Shown: positions 46,689 to 55,965, counted from the first letter of the stretch. The stretch: DNA of 64,000 bases from Theionarchaea archaeon (GCA_018992565.1 JACVGW010000001.1:36712-100711), one strand, 5' to 3'. Program-made: numbers and translations. The notes: generated by a model from the sequence alone, not told the origin.

Positions 46689-48323
46689 ATGGTAGAACCT
46701 GATGGTTCTGTTTACCTTGAAGTTGCCCTGCCACAGATACGACGACTGCTGGGACTGCAGGACAGAAATCCCGGTTCATCTACGTATGGATGCTTTGACC
46801 GCAGCTTCTGGCACTATAGGGTTCTCGATTTTGCAAATGGAAGGCAACAGGAAGCTGCCCTGACCCTTGCTCTCGCATATCACATATCCCACCCGCTGAA
46901 CCCTTATTTTGGTAAGGAAAAGATGAAACAGTGGTGTCTGGCAGCTCTTCAATTTTTGACAGCCATTCAAAATGGAGACGGCTCCTTCAATGAATACTAC
47001 CCCCATGAACATGCCTTTGTGACTACTGCCTTTGCAGCCTTTGCAGGTTCTGAGGCGCTGCTCCTGCTGAATGAAAAGCCTCCCAGCACGGTGGAGATGT
47101 TGACCAAATGTGGGAAGTTCCTGTTAAAAAGAGATGAACTTGAAGTGGTAAACCAGAACCTTGGAGCTGCTTCTGCATTGTATAACATCCACCTACTAAC
47201 TAATGAGGAGAAGTTCAAAAAAGGTGCTTACTCCAAGATCAAAACCTCTCTCGAATCACAGTCACCAGAAGGATGGTTTCATGAGTACGGAGGCCCCGAT
47301 ATTGGGTATCTCAGTGTGGCTGTCAGCTATCTTGCTCACTTCTACTACAAAACAAGAGATGCACAAGCTCTTGCCGGCCTCAAGAAGGCAGTAACATTCT
47401 TGTCACATTTCATTCATCCTGATGGCACCGCGGGAGGGGAATATGGATCCCGCAACACTTTCTACCTCATCCCTGATGGCATTGAAATCTGCGCCCAGGT
47501 CGATCCATGTGCCGGCTATCTGGCCCGGGAAATACGCACTTCTCTAGCCCGAAAAGGGTTCTCCCCTGCTGACTTGGATAATCGTTATCTCTGCAACATG
47601 CTGTACAACTACGTGCAGGCCTACAGAATGTGCAACCCTGTACGAGAGCACACGTCACCAGAACCAGTTCTCTACGAAGAATCAGGTCTTTTGGTGGAAA
47701 AAAGAGACCAGTATCACATGGTGACAAACCTCCGGAAAGGTGGTGTATTCAAAGTGTTTTGTCACGGGGAACTGGTAGCCTCTGACTGTGGGATTCTGGG
47801 AAGGCTTTCCGACGGGACCCTTGTTACCAGTCAATGGCTTGGAACCTCGTTTACCCGGAAGAGATCTGGTGGCAGTACTCAGTACGTGGTGACTGGGCAG
47901 TTGATGAAGGTGCCTGAGCAACAGATGACGCCGCTAAAAACCATGATCTTGAGAGGTTCTCTTACGATTGGACAGAAGTATGTATCTGATCTGGCAAAAA
48001 ACCTGCTGAGAAAGCAACTCATCACCCAAAAAAACGCTGTACCTCTCTTCTTTGAACGCCGGCTAACCCTGAGTAGTGATATTCATGTCACTGACAAATT
48101 GAGAGGAACGGGTGAATTCGCCATGTTGCACCTGGTGACAAATGCCTCACTGATATATGTTCCTTCTTCGCGCTATTTCCGGATTACTGAGCTGTCTACT
48201 CCGCTATATCTCACTGATGATCTTTCGGATCTTTTTAATACCAAAGGGGAATTAGTTCTTGAGCGGAATATCACCTGTGATACTTGGCAGTCTCCACTGC
48301 GTAACCCACCAGGAGCACATTGA
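46689..48323 (+). CDS. Hypothetical protein, possibly alpha/alpha-toroid fold, glycan-locus associated
   Basis: It has repeated aromatic/Gly segments (IQNGDGSFNEYYPHEHAF, SPEGWFHEYGGPDIGY, IHPDGTAGGEYGSRNTFY) reminiscent of toroid repeats. The assignment is weak. Confidence 0.35.
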   Translation: MVEPDGSVYLEVALPQIRRLLGLQDRNPGSSTYGCFDRSFWHYRVLDFANGRQQEAALTLALAYHISHPLNPYFGKEKMKQWCLAALQFLTAIQNGDGSFNEYYPHEHAFVTTAFAAFAGSEALLLLNEKPPSTVEMLTKCGKFLLKRDELEVVNQNLGAASALYNIHLLTNEEKFKKGAYSKIKTSLESQSPEGWFHEYGGPDIGYLSVAVSYLAHFYYKTRDAQALAGLKKAVTFLSHFIHPDGTAGGEYGSRNTFYLIPDGIEICAQVDPCAGYLAREIRTSLARKGFSPADLDNRYLCNMLYNYVQAYRMCNPVREHTSPEPVLYEESGLLVEKRDQYHMVTNLRKGGVFKVFCHGELVASDCGILGRLSDGTLVTSQWLGTSFTRKRSGGSTQYVVTGQLMKVPEQQMTPLKTMILRGSLTIGQKYVSDLAKNLLRKQLITQKNAVPLFFERRLTLSSDIHVTDKLRGTGEFAMLHLVTNASLIYVPSSRYFRITELSTPLYLTDDLSDLFNTKGELVLERNITCDTWQSPLRNPPGAH

Positions 48324-49254
48324 CGCTGGAGAGTAGAAAAGCCACTGTCAGGACAACATTCCACCATAACATCCCTGCCCCAGAAAGCCACGTGTATAAC
48401 GCATATAATCCGAAAAGCAAGCCGACAGAAAGCATTCCGAAAGAAATCATGCCGAAGAGTCGAAATGGCCTTTCACCTAGTGTTAAATCCATCTTCAACG
48501 CAACCATATCCATAATTCCGCACGGGATTCTCATAGCACCATATTTTGATTTTCCATTCAACCTCGGTAGATAATCGACAGACACTTCCGCAATGGTGCA
48601 GCCTTTGTCCTTGAGAAGGGGGAGTATGTACCGATGTTCATCCTTCTTGAGGTACAAGTCTCTGACCGCCTCCCTCCTGAATGCCTTGAATCCCAGATTA
48701 AACTGGTGCACGGGCAATGAAAACAGCCTCTGGCAGATACCATTATATATGAGCGAAGGAACAATCTTAGTTATTGGCTCTTTCTTTTTTCCCCATCCAT
48801 TCACTACATCGTACCCTCTCTCCAGTTTCTCTACCATCTTCGGTATATCTGCTGCCCGGAACTGTCCATCTCCATCCATCAAGATAACGTATTTTCCTTC
48901 TGCATGTTGAAATCCAGTCATCATAGCTGCAGTTTTTCCTTTGTTAACATCATGGACAAGTACCTTTACATGAGGATGATACCGGCTTTGCATGGCCTGG
49001 GCGATTTCCAATGTTCGGTCAGTGCTTCCATCATCTACCAGAATGATATCATATTCTGTCCCAAGCGGAATGAGAGTCTCTTCAAGATCCTCTACCACAC
49101 TTTGGACATTCTTCTCTTCATTATACAATGGAACAATCACAGACACGTGCTTTCCACCATCTACCACACCATCTTCCAAGCAGGTCACCTGAATTGTCAC
49201 CTCCTCTACGGGAGAGGTTGAATGTTGATAGAAAGAATCAATCCGTTTGGTCAT
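48271..49254 (-). CDS. Family-2 glycosyltransferase, polyprenyl-phosphate type (Dpm1/GtrB/ArnC-like) with two C-terminal TM helices
   Basis: VSVIVPLYNEEKNV...ILVDDGSTDRT...DGDGQF is followed by two hydrophobic C-terminal helices. Confidence 0.8.
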   Translation of the reverse strand: MTKRIDSFYQHSTSPVEEVTIQVTCLEDGVVDGGKHVSVIVPLYNEEKNVQSVVEDLEETLIPLGTEYDIILVDDGSTDRTLEIAQAMQSRYHPHVKVLVHDVNKGKTAAMMTGFQHAEGKYVILMDGDGQFRAADIPKMVEKLERGYDVVNGWGKKKEPITKIVPSLIYNGICQRLFSLPVHQFNLGFKAFRREAVRDLYLKKDEHRYILPLLKDKGCTIAEVSVDYLPRLNGKSKYGAMRIPCGIMDMVALKMDLTLGERPFRLFGMISFGMLSVGLLFGLYALYTWLSGAGMLWWNVVLTVAFLLSSVNVLLVGYAVETAKYHR

Positions 49255-49583
49255 CTTTCACCACCTCTAAGTATCTATACCCTCCCTTGAAACTATATAA
49301 ACTTTCCGGTTGAAGAACACATTCAAAATTCACCGTTACATCTCTTTCTTTTATTACTTTATTGAATCTTCTTCTGCACTTAAAGAAGAGGTTTATATAA
49401 GGTATCACTGTATCTAAAGCCACATCTTCTGGCCTTCCCCTGTTTAGTACGGTGTAACTACTTTCTATTGCTTTGTAAGATTGATCGATATTTCACATAT
49501 TCATTCCAGGTAAGGTAATGCCAGTGCCCACGAATGAGAACCCGTGAAGATGAGATGAGAAGTGAGGGATACCGCTACCAGAA

Positions 49584-50603
49584 TCAGAAGGTCTTTCCCA
49601 GTATTCTATACAGAAAGATGCAGGGATAGACGGCTGCATGGAGGAGAGGGTTTCTCACTTTGGCAAATCCATATGCATTCTGTCTCTTGCATCCTATTCT
49701 CTCCTTGAATTCATAGGTAGATACGCCGAAATAGATCCTCTTTTGACCTCTCTGTAACGCTTCTCGTATGGTTTCGTAATACAGGAGGAAGTAAGCATGA
49801 CACTCCCTGTAGCCTGGATCAATGCCCGGGTACTTTATGTGCACAGTGCCTCCTGAGTTGAGCCACAGCGCACATGCTATAGGCATATCCTCCTTTAGAC
49901 AGATGGCTAATTCTGCTCTGTCTTTGAGATGATTCTCCAGACCTTCATAGAATGATTCAGTAAGGAGCCAGCGAGGATCTTTGTGGCTCTGACAGGTGTA
50001 TCTCTGGAGTCTATGCGCAGTGTCTTTCCATTTCAAGAAATCATTGGTAAAGATGGTTCTCAGGTTCCACTTTTTTGCTGCTCTGTTCATGGTGATTCGA
50101 GCACTCCTCCGTGTAGTTGGATCTAAAGACGCCAAGTAGTCGTCAAAATCCTTATAGGGGAGGTCAAGATAAGTATCATCAGCAAGGGGGAAGCCCACAA
50201 ATCCCTTCATCTGAGGGCCTAACCATGAGAATTCATCCCTGGTGAGTTCTAACACGAGCATGCCTCTGGTTCGAGTGGTTCTCTGGATCTCAAGCAGAGT
50301 GTCCAGGAGCTGGTGAGTATGTTCGGGGGAAGGAGAATGAAATGCAGAAGTGACACCAAGAGGTGATCTCACCTCTAGAAAAGCCACTCTCGTGGAAAAA
50401 ATGGGTTCTCTAATAGGAGAGCAGCATGCAGCGGCCAGAAGGGCTCCTCCTTCTTGTATTGTCACGTAGGTGAGCTCTCTCATTCCAGACTCTTCCACTG
50501 CCCTGTACCATCCGTAGGAACGTTCTACATCCTCTGTTCCCACCAGGTATTCCCATTCTCTTTGATCTATGTCCTGGATGCTTTTGAGAATTCTTACTTC
50601 CAT
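49584..50603 (-). CDS. FemAB-like / BioF2-like GNAT-fold acyltransferase, paralogue 1
   Basis: N-terminal EWEYLVG...GWYRAVEESGMRELTYV. C-terminal ...GIDPGYRECHAYFLLYYETIREALQRGQKRIYFGVSTYEFKERIGCK. It is 339 aa. Confidence 0.6.
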   Translation of the reverse strand: MEVRILKSIQDIDQREWEYLVGTEDVERSYGWYRAVEESGMRELTYVTIQEGGALLAAACCSPIREPIFSTRVAFLEVRSPLGVTSAFHSPSPEHTHQLLDTLLEIQRTTRTRGMLVLELTRDEFSWLGPQMKGFVGFPLADDTYLDLPYKDFDDYLASLDPTTRRSARITMNRAAKKWNLRTIFTNDFLKWKDTAHRLQRYTCQSHKDPRWLLTESFYEGLENHLKDRAELAICLKEDMPIACALWLNSGGTVHIKYPGIDPGYRECHAYFLLYYETIREALQRGQKRIYFGVSTYEFKERIGCKRQNAYGFAKVRNPLLHAAVYPCIFLYRILGKTF

Positions 50604-51004
50604 GGATACTACCTCGCTGGTGGGTCAGTAAATTGATTGACCAGCTCTCTTGCACCTCTCTCTTGTGAGACCGCCCTAATAAATACTGTGGTCTTAGCAA
50701 ATGTTGATAGAGAATTTTCTACGTTTTTATCTTTAAAAAAAATATTATATAACGATTTAGGATAATTAAAGATGATTAGGAAGACACACATGTATCATCA
50801 TAACCAGGTCACAATAGGTGCTAATGTCTTTCTTGGGTCAACGCAAGAGCTGTGACCATGAATAGGTGTAGCCCCTCTTCTAGAATGGATTCGCATATTC
50901 CCTAGTGAATGGAGAGAAGAAGGCCTGTCTGGTTCAGAGAAGAGAAACTGTATCGATGATGGAAGAATACCAGTTAATTGTGAGATGATGAACCTACACG
51001 TCAA

Positions 51005-51029
51005 CTAAAAAGGAAAAGCAGAAAAAATG
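51005..51029 (-). terminator. Oligo-T terminator candidate after the Cys-rich gene
   Basis: The minus strand reads CATTTTTTCTGCTTTTCCTTTTTAG, starting 13 nt after the stop. Confidence 0.4.
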
Positions 51030-51041
51030 AATTACAGCTGA

Positions 51042-51728
51042 TCACGGGTCTGGGCAACCATCGCACGTCTTCCCGCAGGTATCATCACATGTATATTCGC
51101 ACGTGTCTTCACATGTGTCTTCGCAGGTCCAGGGGCATGTAGGACCATCGCAGGTTGAAGGGCATGTCGCCTGGCACGTTGAACCACATGTATAACATGT
51201 CTGCTGACATCCTGTAGCATTACACGTCCATCCCTGACCCTGACAGGTCTCACACGTTGACGGACAGGTTACCACGCATGTTCCCATACATGTGAAAGCT
51301 GCAACGCACGTGTATCCGTCACACGAAAGGCTACACGTAAACTGAGTGCATGTCCACCAGTTCAGGCATGTGGCCAAACATGTGCTTCCTCCATGCGTAT
51401 ATCCCTCACAGGTCTGCGAGCACGTGTAGTACCCATGGCAGGTATAGTATCCGTAACAGGTTTCCAGTCCGGTGGTGCTCAAAATTTCGTCGTTGCAGCA
51501 ATCTGTGACCCCGCAATTCAGGCTACATCCCTGTTCAGCAGTATACATAAAGGCGTTTTGTTCAGTAGGTAGGAAATTCATTTTGTATGAAGCTTCTTCC
51601 ATTCTATAGGTATATAATGGCGTACTCAGGAATGGAGAATCGGCTGTCACAGCTGCAGCTGCAAGTACTACAGCAACGGTGCTGAACACCGCAATATATA
51701 GCATCTGTTTCTTTATTATGCTGGTCAC
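51042..51728 (-). CDS. Secreted Cys/Thr-rich repeat protein (about 34 Cys, mostly T-C dipeptides at 4-residue spacing)
   Basis: The Sec-type signal is KKQMLYIAVFSTVAVVLAAAAVTA. A Cys-free ~40-aa segment follows. The ~155-aa core is ...TCPSTCETC...TCYTCGSTCQATCPSTCDGPTCPWTCEDTCEDTCEYTCDDTCGKTCDGC. The start is ambiguous (GTG 51728, ATA 51719 or ATG 51704). Confidence 0.6.
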   Translation of the reverse strand: MTSIIKKQMLYIAVFSTVAVVLAAAAVTADSPFLSTPLYTYRMEEASYKMNFLPTEQNAFMYTAEQGCSLNCGVTDCCNDEILSTTGLETCYGYYTCHGYYTCSQTCEGYTHGGSTCLATCLNWWTCTQFTCSLSCDGYTCVAAFTCMGTCVVTCPSTCETCQGQGWTCNATGCQQTCYTCGSTCQATCPSTCDGPTCPWTCEDTCEDTCEYTCDDTCGKTCDGCPDP

Positions 51729-51747
51729 CTCCTTCTGGGCTCTGCTC

Positions 51748-51755
51748 TATTTATA
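51748..51755 (-). promoter_or_regulatory. TATA-box-like element upstream of the Cys-rich gene
   Basis: The minus strand has TATAAATA ending 20 nt upstream of GTG 51728. A second element, TTTTATAAAT, lies ~15 nt further upstream. Confidence 0.35.
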
Positions 51756-52000
51756 CAGAAGCATTTATAAAATTTTCTGTTCTTTATTCACAAAACATAT
51801 TCTGGTTTACTATTTAAAAGGACAATAATATAAGAGACCTGAATGCGATTTACCTTCAAAGGAACGTAAGTCTTGAAATGGAATCATTGACGTGACTCCC
51901 TCATCTTCATGTGGGGTGGTGGGGAGAACTTCCCACAGTACTGAAACGATGTAACAAATCTGAGCTTGAAATCCGCCAAGAGTACTGGGGGTTCCCATGC

Positions 52001-53020
52001 TCAAAACGTTCTTCCCAAAAAGCCCAGACCCCACGCATATGACTTTAGTGCCAGTTGAAGAAGCGGGTTGTCCAATTTTACAAATCCAAAGACCTGTTCT
52101 CTCCTGCATCCGATCTTCTTCTTAAATTCGTAGGTTGTTGGGCCAAAATAGATCCTTTTCTGATTTCTCTGCAGTGCCTTTTTGATTCCCTCATAATACA
52201 TTACAAAATATGCCTGATATTCTTTATACCCGGGGTCAACTCCCGCAAGTTTGTGGACAGCCAGAATATCCGTGTTCAGAACAAGCCCGGATGCGATAGG
52301 AATATCATCCTTTGAACAAATGATCAGCTCAGCCTTGTCTTTGAGATGCCTCTCCAGGGCTTCATAAAATGCTTCTGTGAGGTGGCTTCTTGTAATACCA
52401 TGTTCCTCACATAAATAACCTCTGAGCCTGTGTGCCGTTTCTTTCCATTCTGAAAATTCGCTGGTAAAAGTGGTCGTCAGATTCCATCTTTTTTCCGCCC
52501 TGCTCAGTGTTTTTCGCACACTCCTCCGCGCACTTGCATCAAGAGAGCTCAGATAGTCATCGAAATCCGCGTAGTCCAGGTCAATGTAAGTATCATCCAG
52601 TATTTGTACAGGGTTGTATCCATTCATCTGTTCTCTCAGAAGTGCAACCTCTGTGTCTTTTAATTCAAGAACGAGGATTCCCTTCGCGTTAACTGCTTGC
52701 CTGATCTTTTCCAATTCCTTCAATAGCTGCGGGATATACTTCAGAGATGTAGAGAATAGTCCAGAGGCAGTACCGAAAGGAGAACGCACTTCTAAGAAGC
52801 GTATTTCAATGTTCAGCAATTCCTCTTCATAGGGGTAGCACGTTGCAGCAGCCACAAGACGCCCCTCCTCTTTAAGGAACACATAGTGCATGTCTCTCAT
52901 CCCGGAATCTTCAACCGCCCTGTACCACCCGGTTAATTTCCCTGCGTGCTCAGTTCCCACGAGACGTTCCCACTCTTCCTGCTCTACATCTGTGATAGTA
53001 TCTGATTGCACGATATCCAT
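52001..53020 (-). CDS. FemAB-like / BioF2-like GNAT-fold acyltransferase, paralogue 2
   Basis: It has the same conserved blocks (EWERLVG...GWYRAVEDSGMRDMHYVF...GVDPGYKEYQAYFVMYYEGIKKALQRNQKRIYFGPTTYEFKKKIGC). The start was moved to ATG 53020, after AGGTGATTCA. This gives 339 aa, as in paralogue 1. Confidence 0.6.
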   Translation of the reverse strand: MDIVQSDTITDVEQEEWERLVGTEHAGKLTGWYRAVEDSGMRDMHYVFLKEEGRLVAAATCYPYEEELLNIEIRFLEVRSPFGTASGLFSTSLKYIPQLLKELEKIRQAVNAKGILVLELKDTEVALLREQMNGYNPVQILDDTYIDLDYADFDDYLSSLDASARRSVRKTLSRAEKRWNLTTTFTSEFSEWKETAHRLRGYLCEEHGITRSHLTEAFYEALERHLKDKAELIICSKDDIPIASGLVLNTDILAVHKLAGVDPGYKEYQAYFVMYYEGIKKALQRNQKRIYFGPTTYEFKKKIGCRREQVFGFVKLDNPLLQLALKSYAWGLGFLGRTF

Positions 53021-53327
53021 TGAATCACCTGTATGGTCCTCATCCTCCGCGGACACTTTTCATCTGAGTAAAAACAGAACCATTTAAGAGTTTTGTGATG
53101 CGGTAGCTTCTCATTTCACATTTGTGTCTGAATATCCCTTTTCTGCCTTTTACTACGTTGTCAATATCAGATGGATCGTGTTCTCCGATTCGAGACCACA
53201 TACGTACATGATCGAAGGAAAACTACTTTTGAGATCATGGTAGCTTTCCTGTATTGAAGCTGTCCCTCTCAATTATAGTGGCTCCTGGCGCTGAAATTGC
53301 GAATTGGAGTGATGAGGTGACAGCCTA

Positions 53328-54326
53328 TCAGAAATCTTTATTGATGAGGTTGTACCCAGCAGTAATAAGTCTGAAAAATGAATGGAACACTGGGTTATCG
53401 AACTTTACTAACCCGTAAAGCTCTTCTCTCTTGCAGCCGATTTTCTCTTTAAACGCATAGGTTGTAGAGCCGAAGTACATCCTTTTCTGACCTCTCTCAA
53501 TAGCCCTTCTAATGCCTTCATAGTAGAAAAGGAAATATGCTTGATATCTTCTGTACTCTGGATCCAGTCCTACGAGTTTATGCTCAGCAACAGTGGAAGA
53601 GAAGAAAGGAAGACCAAAGGCAATGAGAACGTCATTCTTGAAGAAGAGTATGAGTTCAGCATGATCTTTCATATTAGTCTGAACTGCTTCATAGAACCGG
53701 GGGGGAAAGCGAGTTCTGGAATCGCCATATTTCTGACACAGGTACCCCTGCAGCCTGTAGCATTCATCTTTCCATCTTGAAAAGTCAGTAGTGATAACTG
53801 TTTCTAGCTTGAACTCCTTTCTGGCCCTCTTAAGTGTCATCCGTGCACTCCTCCAGGCTTGTTCATCGAGAGAGTCAAGGTATTCATCAAAGCTCGCGAA
53901 GTGTAAGTCAAGATACGTTTCGTCTTTAAGAGGAAGGCTGATCCCTCCTGTCAAGTACTGTCTGATAGCATCAAACTCTGCTCTTTTTAGAAACAATGAT
54001 AGAATTCCTTTTGTCTTTTCTTTCTCCTTGATCTCCACCAGACCCTCCATGAGTTTCTGTGTGGAATCAGCATTGGGGGAAAAGAAAGATATCACATCCA
54101 GAAAAGGCATTCCGGAAAGAAATCTCCTCTCAATGTATGTGTAGCAGCAAGCAGCACCAATCAGAGTATCTTTCTCCTTCAGGAAAACATATTGCATATC
54201 CCTCATGCCAGAGTCTTCTATAGTTCTGTACCACCCATGCGAACGTTCTATGTATATTCTTCCTGCCACCCTCTCCCACTCTGTCTCTTCTATTTCCTTG
54301 ATGGTTTTTGAAATCACGAGTTCCAT
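53328..54326 (-). CDS. FemAB-like / BioF2-like GNAT-fold acyltransferase, paralogue 3
   Basis: It has the same conserved blocks (EWERVAG...GWYRTIEDSGMRDMQYVF...GLDPEYRRYQAYFLFYYEGIRRAIERGQKRMYFGSTTYAFKEKIGC). Confidence 0.6.
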   Translation of the reverse strand: MELVISKTIKEIEETEWERVAGRIYIERSHGWYRTIEDSGMRDMQYVFLKEKDTLIGAACCYTYIERRFLSGMPFLDVISFFSPNADSTQKLMEGLVEIKEKEKTKGILSLFLKRAEFDAIRQYLTGGISLPLKDETYLDLHFASFDEYLDSLDEQAWRSARMTLKRARKEFKLETVITTDFSRWKDECYRLQGYLCQKYGDSRTRFPPRFYEAVQTNMKDHAELILFFKNDVLIAFGLPFFSSTVAEHKLVGLDPEYRRYQAYFLFYYEGIRRAIERGQKRMYFGSTTYAFKEKIGCKREELYGLVKFDNPVFHSFFRLITAGYNLINKDF

Positions 54327-54833
54327 GGAATCATCTCACATCGCACTTTTCAGACTCTTCGAGATCATCCTTTCAGGATCAATCGTAGGAGATACCTGAA
54401 ATCTATCGTGTAGGTACTGCTAATAAAGGTTTTGTAAGAATAGAAATCGCCTTTGATCTCACTATGCTCTTCTCAAGAATAGGCATCCTGCCTGCCATAT
54501 TCTTCTTTTTTCGTTGCACTGTCCCAATTTCAGAATCCATGGCAATGGAAATCTCAGCATGTTTTTCCCTGAAAGCCGCATTCTTCCTATGGGGCCTGAC
54601 AGCCACGGCAAGAATGAAATCCGGGCTTCTTGGTTTCCACGAAACAATCCTTCTCCATTCAATGCAAACAGTGCTCCAGATGAGTACCTACACAAATAAT
54701 ACAGTCTTCTTCAGGTGTTCCTATCAGAGCATGAGATAATGGACGTCTTCACCTGCCAGCTGCTGAAAGCACCATGCTCTGCAGTGGGACTGATGGGAAC
54801 TGCCACGTTCTCCATTATTCAGTATTGGTATGC

Positions 54834-55730
54834 TCACTCAATTCTTTTTCCAGCTTTGGTCAACATCGCAATGTAGGTCTTCAAGGCAACATTCAAGAAG
54901 GGGTTCCTGAAGGCAGCCAGCCCAAAGACTCCTTCTCTCTTACATCCAATTTTCTCTTTGAATTCGTAGGTTGATGGGCCAAAATAGATCCTTTTCTGTC
55001 TTTTTTCAAGAGCTCTGCGAATTCCTTCATAATAAACCAGGAAATAAGCCTGGTAATCCCTGTATTTTGGATCGGTGCCCATGAATTTGTATTGGCAGAT
55101 CTCAGCTGAATTCAAAGACATAGCAAAAACCAAGGGTACGTCCTCCCTAGAGAAAAGCACCAGTTCTGCCTCATTCTTCAAGTAAGTTTCAAGAGCAGAG
55201 AAAAATTCCTCTGATAAGTACCATCTGTAATTTCTAAAACGATCACAGAGATATTTCTGGAGTTTACGAACAGTGTCTTTCCATTTCAGGAAGTCATGTG
55301 AAAAAACACACTGTATCCCAAGTTTTTCCGCCCTGTTCAATGTAGCTCTGACACTTCGCCGGGACTTTCCATTCAAGGACCCCAGGTAATCCTCAAAATC
55401 AGAGAAATTCAAGTCCATATACGTATTGTCATCTACCTGGAACTCTGTGAACCCTGTCATCTGGTTCTTCAACGAGGTAAGCTCATGGTTCTTTAGGTCC
55501 ATAATCATGAGCCCCGATGCTTTCACTTTCCTGCGGATTTTCTCCAGTTCTCGTAGAAGAGAACAAGCATGCTCAGAGGTCTGAGAAAAAAAGGCCAGGT
55601 TCGTCCCTAACGGCGATCGTACTTCCAGAAAAGGCATCTCCACATACATCTTCTCCCTATATGGGAAACAGCATGCAACAGCCACGAGGTGCCGCTCTTC
55701 TTTCAGGAATACGTAGCGCAGGTCTCTCAT
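54834..55730 (-). CDS. FemAB-like acyltransferase, paralogue 4, with lost canonical start codon (truncated product or pseudogene)
   Basis: The first ATG is at 55730. The frame stays open to 55883 and encodes the conserved N-terminal block (EIVQSHTVTDVEREEWENLVGTKDIERSYNWYRTIEASR) with no ATG/GTG/TTG. ACC sits where paralogue 2 has ATG, after a retained GGAGGTGA. Confidence 0.5.
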   Translation of the reverse strand: MRDLRYVFLKEERHLVAVACCFPYREKMYVEMPFLEVRSPLGTNLAFFSQTSEHACSLLRELEKIRRKVKASGLMIMDLKNHELTSLKNQMTGFTEFQVDDNTYMDLNFSDFEDYLGSLNGKSRRSVRATLNRAEKLGIQCVFSHDFLKWKDTVRKLQKYLCDRFRNYRWYLSEEFFSALETYLKNEAELVLFSREDVPLVFAMSLNSAEICQYKFMGTDPKYRDYQAYFLVYYEGIRRALEKRQKRIYFGPSTYEFKEKIGCKREGVFGLAAFRNPFLNVALKTYIAMLTKAGKRIE

Positions 55731-55965
55731 CCTGGATGCTTCTATTGTTCTGTACCAATTGTAAGAACGCTCAATGTCCTTCGTTCCTACCAGGTTCTCC
55801 CATTCCTCTCGTTCTACATCTGTGACGGTGTGTGATTGTACGATTTCGGTAGGATCACCTCCAGGTATGTACGGGCACTGAGACTATGTAATCCTTTGCC
55901 AATATAAACAATGAGGGCCTCTCTTCTATTATCTACTATCATACTACTGGAACCACCATCGGCTT

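Noticed and set aside
51032-51253. Alternative-frame 73-aa ORF within the Cys-rich gene
   Set aside because: It is on the same strand but out of frame. The 228-aa frame has a signal peptide and a coherent repeat logic.
51042-51728. Interpretation of the Cys-rich ORF as a classical RiPP precursor (ranthipeptide, sactipeptide or lanthipeptide)
   Set aside because: No radical SAM maturase, LanB/C/M, YcaO or peptidase/export genes are adjacent. The protein has a Sec signal and is much longer than typical precursors. It is kept only as a minor alternative in the finding.
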